Source of the DNA: Bacteroidota bacterium | GTDB taxonomy: Bacteria; Bacteroidota; Bacteroidia; AKYH767-A; JAHEYN01 | Assembly (NCBI GenBank): GCA_947448795.1 | Contig: CANFOZ010000004.1 | Span: 4,086 to 68,085, forward strand | DNA length: 64,000 bases | Reading direction: 5' to 3' | Part shown: positions 27,427 through 37,196 of the stretch, piece after piece | How the letters are laid out: each line of letters begins with the position of its first letter | Numbering within the stretch: the stretch's first letter is position 1 | Made by a program: the position numbers and the translations under genes | Notes under the pieces: model-generated | The model's input: the letters and a program-made list of their open reading frames with translations, nothing else | Databases searched by the model: none | What the model was told of the DNA's origin: nothing

Positions 27427-29775
27427 ATGAAAAAACACACCTATCTAAGCATCATTTTTTTTCTGTTTTCATGGATTAACACACAGGCCCAAACGGCAGG
27501 CGATAGCATACATGTTGACCGCTATGAAATTGCTATCGACACCCTCAACTTTTCGTCCTCATCCTTTAAAGCTAGGACATCGGTCTCGTTGCACGCACGT
27601 GTTAACAGCCTCAATTGCATTTCTTTGATGCTTTTGCATCTACAAGTCGATTCAATTGTTTGCCAAGCTCAAACGCTTGCATACAGTTACAACGACACTA
27701 CGCTGCGTATTACCCCAAGCAGCATCTTGAGTCAAAATGACTCCTTAACACTCACCGTTTATTATCAAGGTCAACCAGTGATCGACCCTTCAGGTTGGGG
27801 TGGATTCTACTTCAGTGGAAATTTCGCTTACAACCTTGGCGTGGGCTTTGATGACACGCCACACAATTATGGCCGCGCATGGTTCCCTTGCATCGACGAA
27901 TTTACTGACAAGAGCTTTTATAAATTCCACATTACAACCCCCGCAACCTTTAAAGCGTTTTGCAACGGCATATTAACCGACAGCATCGACAATGGCAATG
28001 GGACTGTCACTTGGTCCTGGTCGATGAACCAACCCATCCCCTCCTACCTTGCCTCCATGGCTGTGGCGCCGTATTATACAATACACCGAAATTACAGCAG
28101 CATTCCTTTTTCATTAGCCTGTCTGCCTGCCGACACAATAAGCGCCATCGGCTCTTTTGCGCATATCGATACCGCAATAGCTACATTTATAAATCGCTTC
28201 GGCCCTTACCCCTTCGATAAAGTCGGATTCGTATTGACCCAACCCTTCGTCTATGGTGGCATGGAGCACGCTTCAAGCATTCACATTTCCAAAGCCTTTG
28301 TTGATGGTTCGCTCAGCTATGAAACCCTCTTTGCACATGAGCTAAGTCACATGTGGTGGGGCGATAATGCAACCTGTGTAAACGAAGGCAACATGTGGCT
28401 TAACGAAGGTTTTGCTACCTTCTGCGAAAGCATATTTACCGAAGCGCTTTATGGCGAAACGGCTTACAAAACGTCTTTCCGCAATAACCACCACAAGGTA
28501 CTCCAATTCAGTCACATCGAAGATGGTGGCTATCAAACCTTGAACACAGTTCCGCACACGTATACCTATGCTAACCTATCTGTTTATGCGAAAGGCGCCC
28601 TCACTGCACATACCTTGCGTAAATACATGGGTGATTCAGCCTTTTTTCAAGCGTGCCGATTCTATCACGCCCAACATGCCTTCGGAAACGCTTCCAGTCA
28701 AGATTTTCGCGATGCTATGGCAACAAGCTCTGGGCAAAACCTGAACGACTTCTTCGACGATTGGGTGCTTACTCCTGGATTCCCGCACTTCTCCATCGAT
28801 TCAACCACGATTGAAGCTGTTGGTAATGCATATCAAGTGCATGTTTGGACCAAGCAAAAAAGAAAAGGTGCAACGCATGTTTCTAAAATGTTGGTCGAAT
28901 TGAACTTTACCAACGGCATACAAGATACAAGCATTACCGTTTTATGCGATGCACCTACTAATTCTTTTGCGCTTATGCTGCCTTTCGAACCCACGTGGAT
29001 AGCGATCGACCGAAACGAAAAAATGATGGATGCGATTGCTGATTTCGAACTTCCAATTACAACAACAGGCACTAAGTATTTTCTAGAAACCAATGTAACA
29101 TGCAATGTTCAGAATAGTGGGTCAGGTGATAATATACTGCGCGTTGAGCACCACTTCGTCGCTCCCGATGACTTCAAATTCAATCCAGGAATTCGGATCT
29201 CCGATTACCACTATTGGTCTGTTGATGGCTTGATCAGTCCGAATTTTAGAACGAAAGCTACTTTCTCCTACGACGGATCCACAAATGGTAGTTCGGGGTA
29301 TCTCGACAACACCCTAATTACAGCAAAAGAGGACAGTTTAGTGCTTTTGTATCGCACCAGTGCTGCAAATGACTGGCAAAAAGAAACTGCTTTAGTCCAT
29401 AATCCAGGAAGTTTGACTGATAAACGTGGTAACTTTATCGTTGACTCGCTGAAAAAAGGAGAATACTGCCTTGGCTACCTTGATTATAGGGTGCAAGGAA
29501 TCAATTGCAAAAACAAGCCTGCAAAGGCGCAACTTGCTGTTTTCCCAAATCCAGCAAACAACCGAATACATATTCGCTTCGACTTGGATGGAGGCGAAAA
29601 GGCCTGGATGCAACTTACAGACCCGCTTGGAAAAATCGCAAATCGAATGGAGGTATTTGCGCACCAACAGGAAGTTAGCATCGACACATTTGGACTACCC
29701 GCAGGTCTTTATTATCTTACCTTACTTCCTTTAAACGGCTTGCCAATAACTCAATCTGTTGTTGTGTTTAAATAA
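27427..29775 (+). CDS. M1 family metallopeptidase (aminopeptidase N-like) with T9SS C-terminal sorting domain
   Basis: HELSHMWWGD with WLNEGFA (HEXXH-18-E), the signal peptide MKKHTYLSIIFFLFSWINTQA, and a C-terminal VFPNPANNRIHIRF...YYLTLL sorting domain. Confidence 0.85.
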   Translation: MKKHTYLSIIFFLFSWINTQAQTAGDSIHVDRYEIAIDTLNFSSSSFKARTSVSLHARVNSLNCISLMLLHLQVDSIVCQAQTLAYSYNDTTLRITPSSILSQNDSLTLTVYYQGQPVIDPSGWGGFYFSGNFAYNLGVGFDDTPHNYGRAWFPCIDEFTDKSFYKFHITTPATFKAFCNGILTDSIDNGNGTVTWSWSMNQPIPSYLASMAVAPYYTIHRNYSSIPFSLACLPADTISAIGSFAHIDTAIATFINRFGPYPFDKVGFVLTQPFVYGGMEHASSIHISKAFVDGSLSYETLFAHELSHMWWGDNATCVNEGNMWLNEGFATFCESIFTEALYGETAYKTSFRNNHHKVLQFSHIEDGGYQTLNTVPHTYTYANLSVYAKGALTAHTLRKYMGDSAFFQACRFYHAQHAFGNASSQDFRDAMATSSGQNLNDFFDDWVLTPGFPHFSIDSTTIEAVGNAYQVHVWTKQKRKGATHVSKMLVELNFTNGIQDTSITVLCDAPTNSFALMLPFEPTWIAIDRNEKMMDAIADFELPITTTGTKYFLETNVTCNVQNSGSGDNILRVEHHFVAPDDFKFNPGIRISDYHYWSVDGLISPNFRTKATFSYDGSTNGSSGYLDNTLITAKEDSLVLLYRTSAANDWQKETALVHNPGSLTDKRGNFIVDSLKKGEYCLGYLDYRVQGINCKNKPAKAQLAVFPNPANNRIHIRFDLDGGEKAWMQLTDPLGKIANRMEVFAHQQEVSIDTFGLPAGLYYLTLLPLNGLPITQSVVVFK

Positions 29776-29778
29776 AGA

Positions 29779-29800
29779 AGCCCCCGTATTAACGGGAGCT
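29779..29800 (+). terminator. Possible weak intrinsic terminator after the M1 peptidase gene
   Basis: A CCCGT-ATTA-ACGGG hairpin extended by AGC/GCT pairs, followed by a T-poor tail. Confidence 0.4.
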
Positions 29801-30096
29801 TGCTTTAAGATTTTAAACTTTATCAGATAACAGTTAAACCGTTATATTTTAAGTACTGATCAACGATTGCTCGTGATCTGTGGACTCGCAAAGGATAAAG
29901 TCAAATCACATTAGCAAAACTATATAAAGACGATCCTCCTTTTTTATACCTTTCCATTAAACATTTATAGCTCTATAAAAAGCAGTACTTAGTAAATTCA
30001 TTTTCGAAATTTTAGATGTATCCTTGTTTTTTATTTTTCTTTTATGGAATCTGAATAACAAATACATCTCCTCCCCATATCTAAAAAAATAATCCT

Positions 30097-31728
30097 ATGA
30101 AAAAAGCCATTTTAACCCTGACTGCAATTTGCCTGCTGGCAACTTGCGTCAACGCTGCGGATCAAGAAATACATGCAAAATCAGACCTGAAGGAAGTAAC
30201 TGTGTTTCTTAGCGGTGCATCCTTAACAAGCAAAGGCAGCTTTTCAGCCGGAAACGGCACACAAGACATTGTCTTTGAAAATCTAAGTCCCTCAATCGAC
30301 CCAAACAGTATTCAAGCTAGTGGCGATGGGGACTTTACTATTTTAGGGGTATTCTTTCGAACCAACTACCTCTTGAATCAACCAAAACCAAAAGAAATTC
30401 TCGCCTTTGAAGATTCCTTAGAGGGTCTTCAATACCGTTGCGACGGTATAAGAAACCAACGCCAGGTATACGAGATTGAACAAAGCATGCTCATAGCCAA
30501 CAAGAATATCGGCGGACAAAACACAGGAGTCAATGCGGCTGAGCTAGAAAAAGTTGCCAATATCCTCCGGACTCGTCTTTCCGATCTTGTCGCGCGCATT
30601 CAAGAAAGCCAGCTAAAAGAGAAAAAGATTCAGAATTCAATCAATTCTATTACCCAGCAACTCACTGAACTGAACAATAAGAGAAACAAGAATACCGGGG
30701 AAATCGTTGTGAGCATTTACTGCAAAACCCCAGTACAAGGCAAAATGGCGCTTACCTACAATGTTCCCAATGCTGGATGGTCACCCGTGTATGACATTCG
30801 CGCCAATGCAGCTGCAACCAATGTAACGCTTGAATACAGAGCCATGATACTCCAAAACACAGGCGTTGATTGGAATAATGTAAAACTCTCCCTTTGCACT
30901 GGCAACCCTTCCCTTCCTGGTACTCAACCTACTCTAAACCCTTGGTGGCTAAGCTACTATCAAACTTATCACGCCGACAAAAAAGCCTACGGAGCTCCTG
31001 CACCTGCAGCAACACGCTCTGCTATGAGCATGAGCGAAACTATCGTTCTTGAAGACATGTCGAAGAATGAAGAACAAGCGGCTGACTATGCCTGGGAATA
31101 CACCGAGGTAAGCGAAGGTCAAACAAGTATCACCTATGACATTAGTATCCCATATAGCATTGGTTCAGATAACAAAGCACATGCAGTGCCCATACAAAAC
31201 TTCACAATTCCAGCTAGCTTCAAGTATTTCGCGATTCCGAAACTCGATAAAGACGCTTTCCTTTTGGCAGAGCTTACAGGTTGGGATCAGTACAATTTGC
31301 TCTCCGGAAACATCAACATCTTCTTCGATGAAACTTTTGTCGGAAAATCCTATCTCAACACGCAATCAACCAACGACACATTGGCCGTGTCTCTTGGTCG
31401 CGATAAAAACATAGTGATAAACCGAACTTTGATGAAAGACAAAAGCGAGAAAAAACTTATGGGCCTAGTTAAAAAGGAAACGAAGTTTTACGAGATTGAA
31501 GTTCGAAACAAAAAGAAAACCGCAATCGACATTGAGATATTGGATCAAATTCCACTTAGCAAAATCGCAGACATCGAGGTTGAAAGTTTAGAAACCTCCG
31601 GTGCGCGCTACGACAAGGAAACAGGTAAGGTAACCTGGAAAATGAAACTCGGCAGTACTGAAGAAAAAAAGGTAAGGCTTGGGTTCTCCATCAAATACCC
31701 GAAAGACAAAGTAATCAACGGCTTATAA
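30097..31728 (+). CDS. DUF4139 / MuiA-like conserved protein of unknown function
   Basis: Signal peptide, EVTVFLSGASLTSKG near the N-terminus, a central coiled-coil stretch and a C-terminal beta-rich region. This matches the DUF4140/DUF4139 family as I recall it. Confidence 0.65.
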   Translation: MKKAILTLTAICLLATCVNAADQEIHAKSDLKEVTVFLSGASLTSKGSFSAGNGTQDIVFENLSPSIDPNSIQASGDGDFTILGVFFRTNYLLNQPKPKEILAFEDSLEGLQYRCDGIRNQRQVYEIEQSMLIANKNIGGQNTGVNAAELEKVANILRTRLSDLVARIQESQLKEKKIQNSINSITQQLTELNNKRNKNTGEIVVSIYCKTPVQGKMALTYNVPNAGWSPVYDIRANAAATNVTLEYRAMILQNTGVDWNNVKLSLCTGNPSLPGTQPTLNPWWLSYYQTYHADKKAYGAPAPAATRSAMSMSETIVLEDMSKNEEQAADYAWEYTEVSEGQTSITYDISIPYSIGSDNKAHAVPIQNFTIPASFKYFAIPKLDKDAFLLAELTGWDQYNLLSGNINIFFDETFVGKSYLNTQSTNDTLAVSLGRDKNIVINRTLMKDKSEKKLMGLVKKETKFYEIEVRNKKKTAIDIEILDQIPLSKIADIEVESLETSGARYDKETGKVTWKMKLGSTEEKKVRLGFSIKYPKDKVINGL

Positions 31729-31745
31729 TTTGATTTGTGTAATAG

Positions 31746-31779
31746 AAAAAAGCGTGTGAATTTTCACACGCTTTTTTTA
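31746..31779 (+). terminator. Intrinsic terminator
   Basis: AGCGTGTG / CACACGCT 8-bp stem (31751-31772) followed by a T7 run. Confidence 0.85.
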
Positions 31780-31825
31780 TGACCTAATGAGGCCTTTTAT
31801 CTGCTGTAATTAATAATGCATTGAG

Positions 31826-31833
31826 TATTTTTG
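31826..31833 (+). promoter_or_regulatory. Candidate -7 promoter box (TATTTTTG)
   Basis: The TAnnTTTG match ends 8 nt before the ATG at 31842. Confidence 0.4.
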
Positions 31834-31841
31834 TGGGATAA

Positions 31842-33707
31842 ATGAATGGTTATTTAAAATCCTTTTTCAAACAATTCCTTTTCTGGCTCTTGCTCTTCCA
31901 GTCGGGTAGGCTCATCTTCCTTGTATATCACGTTAATAAACTTCATGCTGCAAGCAGTTCAGAGCTTTTAGGCGCTTTTTACTACGCGGTACCACTCGAC
32001 ATTTCAGCCGCTTGTTATCTTTCATTCATTCCCTGGATATTGATAACCACGCAGCTTTTTAGTAGTCATACAATTATTTCAAAGGCACTCCGAATATACT
32101 TCCTGTTAATGACAGGACTGGTTTGCACCATCCTCGTTTCTGAATTGGAGATTTATACCCAATGGGGCACAAAACTATCCGTAAAGATTTTTCCTTATCT
32201 CACGCAGCCCACCGAGATGGTAAAATCCTTATCCGGGTTGCTATTCACGATGCTGCTAATCCTAGCAACGCTTTACATATTTGGCACCTATACGGTTTAC
32301 AAACGATTTGTTCATGAAGAGCCCGAGATAAAAAAAGACAGAAGCCTTTTGTTGTATTTGCTCGCCCTTCTTATTCCTGTTTTTTTAATCATAGGACTCC
32401 GTGGAGGAATTCAGCAGATTCCCATTAACCAAAGTGCTGCCTATTATTGCACCAAAGATGTGCTCAATTGCGCTGCTGTAAACCCTTCGTGGAATCTTAT
32501 TCAAAGCATCGATCAAAACAGCAAGATGATGAACACCAACCCGTTCATCTCGATGTCCATGTTGGAGGCAAAAGCCCTGCGCGACTCCCTCTATTTTATT
32601 GAAAAAGACACGAGTATTCAGGTGCTAAGAATTAAAAAGCCAAATATCGTGCTCTTAATTTTGGAAGGATTTTCTGCGGATAACTTAACCACTCTTGGTG
32701 GCTATAAAGATGCCGCTCCTAATCTCGATTCCCTATGTAAAAAAGGATTGCTTTTTTCGAATTGCTATTCCTCTGGCGACCGCTCTGAACAAGGCATGGC
32801 AGCTATTTTTAGCGGCTTCCCTGCACAGCCCACCACCTCCATTTTGCGACAGCCCGATAAGTTTATAAAACTACCGGCGCTTACATCTTCGCTTAAAAAG
32901 GCTGGCTATTCAACCAGCTTTTATTTCGGAGGTCAACTGAGCTATGGCAATATCAAAGCCTTTATGATCTATAATGGCATCGACCAAATTGTGGAGCTTG
33001 ATCAATTCGCAGATCAATCAAAGGAAGGAAAGCTAGGCATCCACGATGAAGTGGTATTAAAGCGTCAATTAACTGGTCTTCAGAATACACCCCAACCCTT
33101 CTTCTCTACCCTCTTCACGCTAAGTACGCATACTCCGTACGACATACCAACCGCACATAAATCTATTTCTTGGGCAGGAGAAAATGAGGGATATATCAAT
33201 GGCGTAATGTATTCCGACAGCTGTATCGGCGCTTATTTTAACGAAGCGAAAAAACAAGCTTGGTATAAAAACACTGTGTTTGTAATCGTTGCCGACCACA
33301 GTCATGCAAACCCGCGCAACAACGATTTCTATTCACCTGCACACCGCAAGATTCCCTTACTCTTTTTTGGCCCTGCCTTGGATGATGCTTATGCTGGCAA
33401 ACAAATCACACATACCCTGTCGCAAGTTGATTTGCCGGCAACTCTTTTAAATCAGCTAGGACTTGATAACAAAGCCTATCGCTGGAGCAAGAATGCCCTT
33501 AACCCCTACAGCAAAGAGTTTGCCTTTAATGCGTATTTGGATGGCTCAACAGGCTTGATTCTCAACGATTCAAACTACTACGCCTACAACAAAACCATGA
33601 ACCTCTATCATCTTGATCATTTTACGGATACGAGTCGAAGGGCTAAAACCATCAAGACCGGTTCTGCATATATTCAAACGCTCATTCAACAGTATCTAGA
33701 GTATTAA
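31842..33707 (+). CDS. LTA synthase family / sulfatase-fold phosphotransferase membrane protein
   Basis: Five N-terminal TM segments followed by an alkaline-phosphatase/sulfatase-like domain (VLLILEGFSADN, GDRSEQG, IVADHSH). Confidence 0.8.
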   Translation: MNGYLKSFFKQFLFWLLLFQSGRLIFLVYHVNKLHAASSSELLGAFYYAVPLDISAACYLSFIPWILITTQLFSSHTIISKALRIYFLLMTGLVCTILVSELEIYTQWGTKLSVKIFPYLTQPTEMVKSLSGLLFTMLLILATLYIFGTYTVYKRFVHEEPEIKKDRSLLLYLLALLIPVFLIIGLRGGIQQIPINQSAAYYCTKDVLNCAAVNPSWNLIQSIDQNSKMMNTNPFISMSMLEAKALRDSLYFIEKDTSIQVLRIKKPNIVLLILEGFSADNLTTLGGYKDAAPNLDSLCKKGLLFSNCYSSGDRSEQGMAAIFSGFPAQPTTSILRQPDKFIKLPALTSSLKKAGYSTSFYFGGQLSYGNIKAFMIYNGIDQIVELDQFADQSKEGKLGIHDEVVLKRQLTGLQNTPQPFFSTLFTLSTHTPYDIPTAHKSISWAGENEGYINGVMYSDSCIGAYFNEAKKQAWYKNTVFVIVADHSHANPRNNDFYSPAHRKIPLLFFGPALDDAYAGKQITHTLSQVDLPATLLNQLGLDNKAYRWSKNALNPYSKEFAFNAYLDGSTGLILNDSNYYAYNKTMNLYHLDHFTDTSRRAKTIKTGSAYIQTLIQQYLEY

Positions 33708-33718
33708 ATCAAACACCA

Positions 33719-34519
33719 ATGATTAAAAAAGTAACGGAAAGCGATTCTCATTATGAGAAGTTAGATCGAATGAGTGTAAAAAAGCTTTTGCAAGGCATGA
33801 ATAAAGAAGACCAAACAGTACCTATCGCTGTCGGGAAGCTTATACCTAAAATAGAAAAGCTCGTTAATGAAATCGTGCCTCGAATGCAGAAAGGCGGGCG
33901 GCTTTTCTACCTGGGTGCTGGCACAAGTGGTCGATTAGGTATAGTGGATGCATCCGAATGTCCGCCTACCTTTGGTGTATCGCAAGGGCTTGTAATTGGT
34001 CTTATTGCTGGCGGAGACAAGGCCATTCGAAAAGCCGTTGAATTTGCAGAAGATGATGAGCAACAAGGATGGCTTGATCTAAGTGAACACAAGGTAAACT
34101 CAAAAGATATCGTTATTGGCATCGCCGCTTCTGGCTCAACTCCATATGTATTAGGAGCTTTAAAAAAGTGCAACAGCAAGAAAATACTTACGGGAGGAAT
34201 TACCTGTAATCCTGGATCACCGCTTGCAGAGTTGGCCAAACACCCGCTCGTTGCAATTGTTGGCCCTGAGTTTGTTACCGGCAGTACCCGCATGAAATCG
34301 GGCACCGCTCAGAAACTGCTGTTAAACATGATCTCAACAGCTGTCATGATTCGTTTAGGTCGTGTTAAAGGAAATAAAATGGTAGATATGCAGCTGAGCA
34401 ACAACAAGCTTATTGAGCGTGGCATTGGGATGATTATGAAAGCTCTTAAAGTGGAACATAAAGTAGCAGCTGCATTGCTTAAGAAGCACGGCAGTGTGCG
34501 TAAAGCCATTAGCGCGTAA
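33719..34519 (+). CDS. murQ: N-acetylmuramic acid 6-phosphate etherase
   Basis: SIS domain with GAGTSGRLGIVDASECPPTFG and GIAASGSTPYV motifs. About 266 aa. Confidence 0.9.
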   Translation: MIKKVTESDSHYEKLDRMSVKKLLQGMNKEDQTVPIAVGKLIPKIEKLVNEIVPRMQKGGRLFYLGAGTSGRLGIVDASECPPTFGVSQGLVIGLIAGGDKAIRKAVEFAEDDEQQGWLDLSEHKVNSKDIVIGIAASGSTPYVLGALKKCNSKKILTGGITCNPGSPLAELAKHPLVAIVGPEFVTGSTRMKSGTAQKLLLNMISTAVMIRLGRVKGNKMVDMQLSNNKLIERGIGMIMKALKVEHKVAAALLKKHGSVRKAISA

Positions 34520-34524
34520 TTACC

Positions 34525-35091
34525 ATGCAGGACCTAGAACCCTATTATTCCTGGAGGGATTATTACATAGCCTCAGAGGACGAGCAATCTGTCTTTTATG
34601 GACGAGAGTACAGCGAATTCGAATACAGCAATACGATCTACAATTTTTACATCCATCCCCAATGGGATGAGTTTGGATCGAATACCTTGTACATTAAAGT
34701 AATCTTCGCCGAATACGAACATGGTTATGCGGTGATTGAGCTTATTGGTGAGTGGAACGATGCTTTGTATAACGATATCATGTTGTTGAAGAGAGAGGTT
34801 ATCGAAGACATGATAAACAAGGGAATTAACAAGTTCATTTTAATAGGCGAAAACATTCTTAATTTTCATGCTTCCGACGACTGCTACTATGAAGAGTGGT
34901 TTCAAGAAGTAGAAGATGGCTGGATTGCGATGATTAATTTCCGAGAACATGTTCTCGAAGAGTTTCGCAAGCACAACATTGACTACTATGTAGTTTTTGG
35001 TGGTGAATTAGACGACCTCAACTGGAGAACCTTTAACCCAACCTCCATTTTCGAAAAGGTGAATCGGATAATAAGTCTGCGTTTGGGTTAA
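34525..35091 (+). CDS. Conserved hypothetical acidic protein
   Basis: It starts 5 nt after murQ. The ORF is clean, uninterrupted and Asp/Glu/Tyr-rich, and I recognise no motif. Confidence 0.55.
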   Translation: MQDLEPYYSWRDYYIASEDEQSVFYGREYSEFEYSNTIYNFYIHPQWDEFGSNTLYIKVIFAEYEHGYAVIELIGEWNDALYNDIMLLKREVIEDMINKGINKFILIGENILNFHASDDCYYEEWFQEVEDGWIAMINFREHVLEEFRKHNIDYYVVFGGELDDLNWRTFNPTSIFEKVNRIISLRLG

Positions 35092-35096
35092 ACAAA

Positions 35097-35123
35097 AAAG
35101 ACCGGACACAAGGCCCGGTCTTT
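35097..35123. terminator. Bidirectional intrinsic terminator between convergent genes
   Basis: AAGACCGG / CCGGTCTT stem flanked by an A run on the left and a T-rich tail on the right. Confidence 0.75.
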
Positions 35124-35141
35124 CAAATAAAGCATTGATAA

Positions 35142-35702
35142 TTACTTTACACGCTCTACATAAGAGTTGGTGCGCGTATCGACTTTGATTTTTTCGCCTT
35201 GATTAACAAACAAAGGCACATTGATGATTGCACCCGTTTCCAAGGTAGCTGGCTTCATGGCGTTGGTTGCTGTATCGCCTTTAACACCTGGCTCTGCATA
35301 GGTGATTTCCAATTCAACGAAAATTGGACCTTCTGCAGTAATAGGCAGATCGCCTTCGAAAGCTACCTTCACGCTCATTCCTTCCTTTAAAAAGGTTTGA
35401 CCATCGCCTAATAAAAAGGTTGGTATATATACCTGCTCAAAGGTTTCATTATCCATACAGACAAAGAAATCGCCTTCTTTGAAAATATACTGCAACTCGC
35501 GATATTCCAAACGAATAACATCAACAGCTTCTCCAGCTCTGAAACGAGTTTCAGCGAGTTTACCATTACGGATGTTACGCATTTTTGCTTGATAAAAAGC
35601 ACGCAAATTACCAGGTGTGCGGTGTTGGTATTCAACAATAAGTACCAATTCGCCATTAAATTTGATCACTGAGCCTACATTAATATCGCCTGATGTTGCC
35701 AT
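35142..35702 (-). CDS. efp: Elongation factor P
   Basis: 186 aa, with KPATLETGAIINVPLFVNQGEKIKVDTR and N-terminal G..I...G patterns. Confidence 0.95.
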   Translation of the reverse strand: MATSGDINVGSVIKFNGELVLIVEYQHRTPGNLRAFYQAKMRNIRNGKLAETRFRAGEAVDVIRLEYRELQYIFKEGDFFVCMDNETFEQVYIPTFLLGDGQTFLKEGMSVKVAFEGDLPITAEGPIFVELEITYAEPGVKGDTATNAMKPATLETGAIINVPLFVNQGEKIKVDTRTNSYVERVK

Positions 35703-35755
35703 TGTTATTTGGGGTTTTGTTTTTGTTGTTGCGAAAATACGAAAAATCCTAAAAA

Positions 35756-36388
35756 TCAGGAAACTACTTGTTTATACTGCATGAGATCTATTACTTCTTC
35801 GCAAAAACCATACTCGTCTTGAACATGGTTTGAGCAAACAATAATGGTTCTGTCTTTTCGATGCTGACGCACCAAATCTTTATACCACTTTATACCTTGT
35901 TCATCAAGATTGGTAAGGGGTTCATCCAAAAAGACAACAGGAACATCGGAAAGCAAAGCGATTGCTAAGCGAACACGCTGCTTCATGCCGGATGAGAAAT
36001 TCTTGATTTGTTTTTCGGACGATTGATTAAGCCCCGTTATTTCAACAACGGCCTGCGCCGTTAACCCAGCTCTGAAGGGCTTTAAAACACAATGAAAATC
36101 GAGCATCTCTAACAAGGTAAATTCCTCAATCAACTCCATGTATGGCGTTGACATTGCCAATTTTTTATAAACCTCTTCAACCGGTATCTCGACCTCCTTT
36201 TCATGAAATGAAACACGACCGGTTGAGGGTGTTAAGAAGCAAGCTATAACCTGCATTAATGTTGACTTACCGGAACCGTTGGCGCCTAGAATTGCATACG
36301 CTCGATCAGCACAAAAATGATGAGAAACATCTTTAAAAATCCAAGTTTTGTTGAATTTCTTTCCGAGCCCCTCTATCCTGATTTGCAT
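35756..36388 (-). CDS. ABC transporter ATP-binding protein
   Basis: Walker A GANGSGKST, signature SSGMKQR and Walker B VVFLDEP. Confidence 0.85.
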   Translation of the reverse strand: MQIRIEGLGKKFNKTWIFKDVSHHFCADRAYAILGANGSGKSTLMQVIACFLTPSTGRVSFHEKEVEIPVEEVYKKLAMSTPYMELIEEFTLLEMLDFHCVLKPFRAGLTAQAVVEITGLNQSSEKQIKNFSSGMKQRVRLAIALLSDVPVVFLDEPLTNLDEQGIKWYKDLVRQHRKDRTIIVCSNHVQDEYGFCEEVIDLMQYKQVVS

Positions 36389-36399
36389 GCTGTAAACGA

Positions 36400-37185
36400 T
36401 TAATCGGCGCTTGCGCCACGCATAATGCCGTCCACCGAGCTCCGAATGAAATCAATAATTTGATTTCGCTCCAAAGAGTCAGGCACTTCCTTTTCAACGA
36501 TGTTGAGTGCATTGGATACGTTGTAACCACGCACATACAAGGTGCGATAGATTTCTTCGATCTGCAAAACGATATCGTTCGAGAACCCGCGGCGGCGAAG
36601 GCCTACGGAATTGATGCCAACATACGAAAGAGGCTCTCGAGCCGCTTTAACGAATGGAGGAACATTCTTGCGAACCCGTGATCCACCAGTAATGAAAGCA
36701 TGCGCACCGATTCGAACAAATTGCTGAACTGCGGCAAGTCCTTCAATAATGGCGTAATCCTCAATGATCACATGCCCGGCCAGATTCACGCAATTGGCTA
36801 ATATAACATAATCGCCAAGGATACAGTCGTGCGCAACATGCACATAGGCCATAAGTAGACAGTTATTGCCAATCACCGTCTTTTGCTTATCAATTGTTCC
36901 GCGATTTATAGTAACACATTCACGGATTGTACAATTGTCACCAATTTCGGTGGTGGTTACTTCTCCATGAAATTTAAGATCTTGCGGAATGCCAGAAATA
37001 ACGGCTCCAGAAAATATTTTACAGTTTTTGCCAATGCGGGCACCTTCGAGGATGGTTACATTGGGGCCAATCCAGCAATTATCGCCGATAACCACATTTT
37101 TGTCAATGAAGACAAAAGGCCCAATCTCCACATTATTGCCTATGATGGCCTCTGGATGTATGCTTGCGAGGGGTTGATTTGCCAT
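36400..37185 (-). CDS. lpxA: Acyl-ACP--UDP-N-acetylglucosamine O-acyltransferase
   Basis: Hexapeptide repeats throughout, with the expected size and position after lpxC/fabZ. Confidence 0.93.
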   Translation of the reverse strand: MANQPLASIHPEAIIGNNVEIGPFVFIDKNVVIGDNCWIGPNVTILEGARIGKNCKIFSGAVISGIPQDLKFHGEVTTTEIGDNCTIRECVTINRGTIDKQKTVIGNNCLLMAYVHVAHDCILGDYVILANCVNLAGHVIIEDYAIIEGLAAVQQFVRIGAHAFITGGSRVRKNVPPFVKAAREPLSYVGINSVGLRRRGFSNDIVLQIEEIYRTLYVRGYNVSNALNIVEKEVPDSLERNQIIDFIRSSVDGIMRGASAD

Positions 37186-37196
37186 GCGAGACGAAA

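Noticed and set aside
29801-30096. The longest ORF-free stretch in the window, examined for a tRNA, sRNA, CRISPR repeats or a mobile-element end.
   Set aside because: It is AT-rich with only one short imperfect hairpin (GATCA.ACG/CGT.GATC near 29862-29882). It has no direct repeats and no tRNA-like GTTCGAATC or acceptor pairing. It is most simply a promoter and leader region for the DUF4139 gene.
31842-33707. A third ORF of exactly 621 aa, possibly related to the two HTTM-DCC proteins.
   Set aside because: The sequence is unrelated: five TM segments plus a sulfatase/LtaS-type domain. The equal length is a coincidence.
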